The notes below the pieces were generated by a model. It worked only from the letters and a program-made list of their open reading frames with translations. It had not been told where the DNA came from and did not search any database. A stretch of 64,000 bases of DNA from Chara braunii (taxonomy: Eukaryota; Plantae; Charophyceae): contig BFEA01000015.1 of NCBI GenBank assembly GCA_003427395.1, positions 5,939,027 to 6,003,026 of the forward strand, given 5' to 3'. The translations under genes and the position numbers were made by a program. This document shows positions 56,419 through 64,000 of the stretch, piece after piece; position 1 is the stretch's first letter, and every line of letters starts with the position of its first letter.

Positions 56419-59400
56419 ATGGAGTCTGACACAATGGGTCCACATCCGGATATAGAACAGCAAAGTAGTGTATACCGAGCGTCACCGGACTGTGCTCTGC
56501 AAGACCTCAAGGAGCGAATCCGGCAGAATGCACCGCTGAGATGCGTAGATCAACCCAACGATGGGGAACCCGAGGTGATGGGCTGCCCAACCGTCGTTGA
56601 GCCAGATAGGACAGCGTCAACGGTACGGATGGCAAGTAGAACAGAACCTCCTAGTATCCGGCGGGAGATGCCTGCTCGACGCTCTCCTACGTACGAGCAG
56701 GGAGACATTAGAGGTGATAGAGGAGGAGATGACTGGAAAGACCAGTATGTGCGGGAACAGGCCTGGAGAGATAGAGATAGACCTCCGGAGAGGGGCACGC
56801 CACCTATACGGATCTACGACCCACAGACGGGGGAGTCGTATATGCTTCCTTACGAGAGGAGGGACAGATACATCATCTCGCACCAACCTTCGGAGTTAGA
56901 CACCAGGCCGCCCATTTTCAAGGGATACCGTATCACCGAGAATCTTGAGAAGTGGGAACTGCATGCATATCGCAGCCAATGATCGGAGAACGAGATTATA
57001 GACAATTTATTGTTCAACTCGGATCCAAGCTTGAGCCAAGTAATCAAAGAAGCACGACAAAAAAATAGGGGGTGGACTACCTACAAAGTCGGCCTTTATG
57101 AACTCTTTAAGCTGGAAGATGTCAAGTACTCTATCTGAGATCTCGAAATGATGACTCAAGGTGAGGACGGGAACGTCCAAGCATTTGGGAGACGCTTCCA
57201 GAAGATATCCGATGCCTTGATTGCGAAAGGGAAGTTATCGGAGGTCGAGCGGTGCACGATCTTCATCGGTCGATTACTAAGAGGGAACCAGAAGGGGGTA
57301 CTGAGAGAAATGCCTCACGACAAGATAAATTTTGCGACGGTTCTCAAGTTGGCAATGAAGGCTGAGGCAAATGATTACAAGGACCTAGTCTAGAGGGGGA
57401 TGCAACGTCGGAACTTCTCTCTCCATCGTGAGTACGACGCGGAGAGGTGTCTTGACTTTAGCGATCAGCCTTGGGCAGAACGGCCGTATTTGTTGGACGG
57501 AGTCCGACCACAGCGACTCAGGGATAGAGAGGTAGTGATAGAGGAGATGAGGGCGATGAGAGAAATGATGAAGGGACTGGCCAGGCAAATGACCAACATT
57601 GAGACAAAGACGGGAGCCACGGCTTACAGAGACAAGTCGGGATCCCCATATTCGCTGCGATGGGATCGTAGGAATACTGACCCTTGGCGGAGTATGGAAG
57701 AAAGGAACCCGCAGACACTCGCGGACTATCGCGCGCGGGAGAGATGATGATGGCTGACGACGTAGGAATGAGGAGATTGATAGGGATCGCCGAGGGGACA
57801 GGTACCACGGGGCGGACACCTTTAGCCGAGGGGGAAGGCAATAATAGTACCCGCGCAGTCCCAGATATGATGGGAACGTGGAGGGGTACCGGAGCCCGGG
57901 CAATATCAACCGGAGAGACAGAGATGACTCCCGTGGCCGATGGGAATCGGACAGGGACCGCAAGGATGGATATCGTGGCGGCTATGAGAGGGCAGAGCGA
58001 GTAGGAGGACGTCGAGACGATGCACGTGGAGGAGGGTACCCCGCATCGCCTGGATACCTGAAGTCTCCGATCTATCCCAAATCTTCTGGACCTTCCAACC
58101 AAGAAGTCAGATCTGTGAGAGGACCAGCCCCTAGAGGTGTAGAGGACTGATCGCCCACACCTAGGAATTCCTGCATCTATTGGGGGGGGGAAGATCATGT
58201 CAAGAGGGACTATCCGGACCTCAGGAGAGCCATCGACGAGGGGCTTGTCATGCTTGATGAACGCAAGTACGTTAAGTGGGCAGACGATTTATGCAACGTA
58301 TCGATGTTCCCTTCGATGAAGGAGAACGTTGAGGTCAGGCGGGTGCGGCCGAGCAAAGAGAAGGAGGCGGCGAAGAGTCAGAGTGTCAGGATGACGCTGC
58401 CCTGTGAGGATGAGATGCCAACCACGCCTATCCGAGTCGCGACGACGAAGTCTGCAAGGGCTTCATCGTCGAAGAAGGCCGACACGGACTATGTGATGGC
58501 AGAAAAAGACTGGCAGAGAATTGAAGGAGAGGAAGTTATACTTTCGCCACGCAAGCGCGGGGCTCATAAATTTACCATGAAGAGCTCCTTAGACGATATT
58601 GATACAGTGGAGCCTCTTAGGCGCGCACTTAGGCAACCTATGCAATACTCGATACTAGAGTACTTGGCTGCTTTAAGACCCACGCGAGATGAGCTTCAAA
58701 TGATCACGCGTAAGACGCATATTCCTCTGGTCGATGAAGTCCAGATGACTTCTAAGCTAGAGGTACCCATAGTAACAGTATCGGGAGTAAGCGCAAAGGC
58801 CAAACGCGCGGCTACAGTCTATTTGGACGGAATGAAGGGGGTACCACCAGATAAGTTTTACATTCTAGGGAGTGGGACAGTTGAGATCATTCTCAACGAT
58901 GAGATAGTTCTCCAAGGAGTGATTGATAATGACAGTGGAGCTGTCATCACAGACGAAGAGCTCGCCGTGCGATTAGGATTGAACCTGGACATATTCTGAC
59001 TGTTTGAGATGGAAACAGCCGAAGACGAAAGCAGAAGATCTCCGGGGTCTGTTACAAGGTGGCCATCGAGGTCAAAGGGTTGCGCGGACTGATGCCCATC
59101 TTCGCGGTCAGAGACTGCAGTTCGGAGCTACTACTAGGGCACACGTAGTTGGGTTCATGTGGTTACGATAGAGCGACCGGACGTAAGCCAGATACTTTCT
59201 GTTAAGCGTCCAGATGGTGGTCGGATTATGATAGAGATAGTCGAGCCTCGAGATCCGAGGAACAGAGCGGCCTTGGCGACTGGTGGCACACGCAAGCCAG
59301 CCACCCTCGCGAGTCGGTCGTTGCGATTCCGCGAGAAGAAGTATGGGACATCTCTCACGGAGGAAGAAGGACGCATATTGGAAGTCGAGGACTTAGGTGA

Positions 59401-62400
59401 TCGTGTCCTCGTGGGTGGAAACTCATATCCGAAGGCTGAAGATGAGGAGTTCGGAGGTATGATCTCTGTGCCGTTTTTAAGGGCGTAGGCTCCTACAGGG
59501 GGCGACCCAGGAGGCACAAGACAGTAGATCAAAAGGTTATGCCGACGGCGATAGCTCGAGAGCGATCAACACTAGACAGAATATCTAAAGAAAAGATTGT
59601 CAGAGAGATTAAGGAAAGGAAGAAGAGGGAGACGCAACGAATAACAGAAGAGAGTATAGCGGAGATGGACATAGGGGATGGAAACTTGACAGAACAAGAA
59701 AACGAGCGTGTACTAGAGGTTCTTAAGACTTGTGACAAGGCCATAGCCTTTAGCGACGCAGAAAGAGGAAGGATCGATCTTAGGTACGCCAAACCCGCCA
59801 GGATCTATACGATTTCGCACACTCCATGGAATGACGCAGGGTGGAAGTTTGCTTGAAAGGAGAAGGAAGAAGTAATTGCCTTTCTAAAAGAGAAGATGGC
59901 GTCGCATGTGGTTGAACCATCTGATAGCGCGTACGCAAACAAGTGGTTCTTCTTACGGAAACCTCATGGGAAAATCCGGTGGATTCAAGATCTTCATAAG
60001 GTTAGCTTGGTTACCATCCGGGAGGTAGGGTCCATACCACATGCTGATCTATTAGCAGAGGGAGCAGAAGGCAAATCGATCTACTTCGTCTGCGATCTAT
60101 TTTCGGGTTATAATGAGATACCTCTGGATCCTAGAGATAGACACCTTACTGCCATGCATACGCCTCTCGAATTAGTGCAAATGATGGTTGTGCCGATGGG
60201 TTGGACCAATAGGGTTGCGGTCTTCCAGAGAGCTATGGTAGCTGTTCTGAAAGACTACATTCCTGATAAAGTTGAAGTCTTTTTTGAAGACTTCCCGATA
60301 AAAGGGCCCGTACTGAAAGATGAGATGGAGGTTGCTCCTTGTGTCAGGAGATTTGTAGAGCAGCACTTGACGGACATTTACACGATCCTAGAACAACTAG
60401 ATGATGCTAATCCAACGGTCAGTGGGACGAACAACCAGTGGGCTGTCTCGTCGATTAAAATTTTAGGGTTCATATGTGATTCGAGGGGACGCCGAGCAGG
60501 CCTAGCGAAACTAAACAAACTCTTGAACTGGCCGACTCCGTTGCATAGCGTTACCGAAGTCCACCAATTCCTCGAAGTTATAGGTTACTGGCGGATCTTC
60601 ATACGTGGGTACGCGGAGAAGGCGGAGCCCCTACGAATTCTCCTTAGGAAAACCGAGCGATTTTACTGGGATTCTCCTCAGGAGCTCGCGGTATTAACCC
60701 TCAAAGAGGAATTCAAAGAAGGAGGACGAATTTTAGGCGTACCGTTCTTCGAGGACGAGGCCAACAGGCCATTCATAGTATCTACGAATGCTGGACCATG
60801 CTCGGTCGGAGGACTGCTTTCTCAAAAGGACGCTGACGATAAGAAGAGGCCACTGAGATTTGAGAGTCGTACGCTTAATACCGTTGAACGCAACTCTAGC
60901 CAGTTCAAAAAGGAGGTGCTATCTGTCCTACAGTGCTTAGACGTCTTTAAACATTACATATATGGGAGGCGATTTATTCTAAGGGTAAATCCTACAGCCA
61001 TAGTGTTGGTTTTACAAAAGGACTTCACTCTGACCGATCCCACGATTGTGAAGTGGTTGATCAGGATTCGACTTTACGACTATACCGTTGAGAGGGTCTT
61101 AGGAACGAAGAATGTTGTAGCGGACGGGCTCTCGCGAATCCCGATTGAAGCGAAACGGCCGATAGCGGCAGTGATGCTGATCATGACAGAACCTAGACGG
61201 ACTGATCGATTCCTAGTCAACCTTTATGAAGGTAAGTACCGGACGATCGGATTGCATCTATTGCGAGAGGAGAGTTCAGATTCGGAGATTCGGAGACAGG
61301 CAACTCAGTACTGCCTAAGATCTGGGCATTTATTCCGTCGACCTACTGGATCTGGGATGCCTCTGCGAGTAGTCTGTGATCCCGAAGAGAGGCGAGTGGT
61401 GATAGCGGAGCTTCACGACGGAGTAGTCTGTGGGTATAGAGGAGTAAAAGGGACATATGGGAAGGTGCGCAGACTATACTGGTGGGAAGGTCGGTACAAA
61501 GATGTAGAAAAATATTGTGCGATCTGTGAGGAATGTCAGAAAAGATCCCTTGTAAGGTACAAGGAGCCACTTCATCCTTCCTATCCTACTAGACAGGGCG
61601 AAAAAGTGCATATTGATTTAGTGAAGATGCCGAAAGGCGTAGGAAACATGAATTATGTCGTGAACATCAGAGATGACTTCACTGGATTTATCGACGGAAA
61701 ACCTATCAGAAGAAAGGCAGCCAGAGAAGTAAAGAACTTTGTTCTGGAGTATTTATCTAGGTATGGGTGTGTTAGTAGGATCGTAATGGATAGAGGAGTG
61801 GAATTCCTAGCCGATGAGGTCCAAAGCGTGTTTAAGAAAGCAGGGGCTAGAGTCTCCATAGCTACTGCCTACCACCCTCAATCTAACTCACCTGTAGAGC
61901 GAGGCCACTAGTCCTTGATAACTTCATTGTCCAAGTGGTGTAGAGGTAAAGATAACGACTGGCCAAAATATTTTCGATACGCGATATGGGCAGACAATGT
62001 CACAGTCCGGGCTAGCACGGGATACCCGCCTTATACTCTATGGTTTGGAAGGCACTGCCCTCTACCCATAGAGTTTCATGTTGATAGTTGGACTACAATT
62101 ACCTGGGCGGACAATATGTCGCGAGAGGGGCTTCTGGCGGCCCGGACGAGACAGATATCCTACGGGTTAGAGGACAATCTCACGACCGTGACCAATCGAT
62201 TGGCGGTGGAAAGGGAGAAAGGCAAGGAAAGATAGGATAATGATGTCAGGATCAGAAAGGAAAAAATAAGTGTAGGTGATAAGGTACTTCTCTACGATGC
62301 AGTATTAGAGAGGACATGGTCAGGGAAGTTGGCTAACAGATGGATGGGACCTTACCGCGTAGTCGGCACGCTTGGTTGGGGCGCGTATATAATAGTTGAA

Positions 62401-62711
62401 TTAGATATGTCTAAGTGGAAAGATCCTGTGGCAGGGCTAGATTGGAGTTGTTCAAGCCGAGGGAAACCCCTACCCCTGCGCCAACTCTGTCAAACCCAAA
62501 AGGGAAGGAGAAAGCCAAGGTGGCAGATGAGGGACCATCGAGACGGTTCGAAGTAGGTGGGAGTTCGAAGAAGAGAAAGAGGGTAGAGACCAGGAAAGCA
62601 AAAGGCTTGACACTAGGGAAGAAAAAAAAGTGGTTTTTTGTACTTCGCAGACCGAAACGAAGGGTCCGCATCAGACAGGGTGACTCATCTGGGCCGAAAA
62701 CATTTCAATGA
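56419..62711 (+). pseudogene. gag-pol: gag-pol polyprotein of element B (Gag, PR, RT, RNase H, integrase), disrupted
   Basis: Capsid PPIFKGYRITENLEKWE; degenerate knuckle CIYWGGEDHVKRDY; PR VIDNDSGA; RT DLFSGYNEI, VPMGWTN, FFEDFPIKG; RH VSTNAG, RNSSQFKKE; IN HDG...CEEC, IDL, MDRG, SNSPVERGH, GPYRV; multiple stops and frameshifts. Confidence 0.95.
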
Positions 62712-62935
62712 AGCAAGAGGCACGAAAACACTTTTCTTCCTATACCAAAACGACTGCGACATAGGAGGTGCAAAAAACATTTTCTGAGCTCCAGGATTCC
62801 TGGAAAAACCAAACACAAAACACTTAAGCGCCGACACAGGCGACGAATACGGGCGGTCACTTTGAAACTTGTGCATTTCCTGTGACCGGCGCGACGGTAT
62901 CTCGACGGGGACGTCAAGAAGAGGTTCGGGCTTAC

Positions 62936-64000
62936 CGTCGGGCGGTCGCAGACGGTCGGCCACCCGACATACGAGGAATTCGTCTCTCAACCAAACGTCC
63001 GGTTAGGATTTGTCGGGTACTCTTGTCTGGACCGTCGAGGAAAATTAGGGTTCGGAAAAGGGGCCCTAAAATTCCCTCGATGGATCATGAAAACTGACCC
63101 TTGAAATTAACATGATGAACAACCACGCTCGCCGCCCCTAACTCCTACCGTTTTCATTCGTTCCAAGGCTGTTCCCGATGCGGCCGACCACGGAGCCGGG
63201 ATATGGTGCTAGGCCTTGGTGCGCTTCTTTCACACTGGACAATTGACGAGGGAAATGGACCAGCAATTTTCGCTGATTTAATAACCAAATCAAAATTGAG
63301 AAAAATAATTAAAAATAATAAAAAGGAAGAAAATAACGAAATATTTGCTATTTAATTAAATTTTATCGAAATTTATCCTTGGTAAACTTGTCCTTTATTT
63401 TCATTAATTTCAATATCAGAATTAATAGTGCATAAAAAATTTAAAAATAATAAAAAAGAAAAAAACAAATGATTAATTATTATTTGATTGATTTTAACGA
63501 AATTTACTCCTGACGAATTTTTGTTGGGAATTATTTGTTTATCCGGAGTCCGTTGATCCGTGCGAGTTCCGATAGCTATGAACCCACGCTTGGTTTTGCC
63601 TCGGTATGACCCCGATGTTATTGAGTGAGTCGGGCCGTATTTTGCTGGATTCTCATGGTAGTTGATGATATTGACGGTGAGACCAACCAGACCGGTCTAC
63701 GGTTCACAGCAACCGGTCAGATTGGTGTAGTTACTGGTCCGGCGTTGACGAGATTCATGGTGGTATGGTAGTCACGCTGGTTGGCACGACAACTGGTCCA
63801 TGGTTCGGTACTTTTGCTTGGTACGATCACTGGTTGAGCATTTATACAGTACTGGAACAACGTATTGCAGCCTAATCTCATTATTCTGGTTGGTCACTGG
63901 TCCAAAGCTGGAACGACACACTTATTGCTCGGTATGGTATTCGACATTGGATTGATGTGGTTACAGGGCTGGTACTGGCACGACACACTTTTTGTTTGGT
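62936..64000 (+). repeat. 3' LTR of element B (partial)
   Basis: CGTCGGGCGGTCGCAGACGG... matches 39867 onward; terminal T changed to C. Confidence 0.92.

Larger units (their letters stand above)
39867..64000 (+). mobile_element. Element B: Ty3/gypsy LTR retrotransposon (decayed; runs off the window)
   Basis: LTR starts at 39867 and 62936 match; tRNA-Asp PBS; gag then PR-RT-RH-IN order. Confidence 0.93.

Overview
Eukaryotic, repeat-saturated window with no recognisable host gene. The protein style and the tRNA-Asp PBS suggest a streptophyte, possibly Chara-like; that assignment is inference. The window is a nest of mobile elements. (1) Element A (3275-30351) is a Ty3/gypsy-type LTR retrotransposon with ~9.5-9.7 kb LTRs (TGTCG...CGACA), a degenerate tRNA-Asp PBS, decayed gag-protease, a deletion removing RT/RNase H/integrase core, and a second Gag-like ORF where env would sit. 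It is inserted into an older related LTR (1311-3274 + 30352-~33670). (2) A ~91-bp satellite (38030-39866) is interrupted by element B (39867 to beyond 64000), a decayed Ty3/gypsy element with a cassette of extra ORFs before gag-pol. (3) A hAT DNA transposon (42794-50516, 8-bp TSD) sits inside the 5' LTR of B. The most striking unexplained signal lies inside the A-family LTRs: a conserved multi-helix element followed by 16 stem-loops with a near-invariant UAAGUU hexaloop and stems that vary with compensatory changes. The diverged relative carries a homologous array with UAAGAU loops. This looks like a selected multivalent RNA-hairpin array, possibly paired with the element's extra Gag-like zinc-knuckle protein (inference). 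Both families also lack a normal polypurine tract and share a structured GNRA-hairpin/AGGTYCGG/terminal-hairpin module at the 3' LTR boundary. Caveat: the central part of the two A LTRs appears to be a collapsed assembly consensus.
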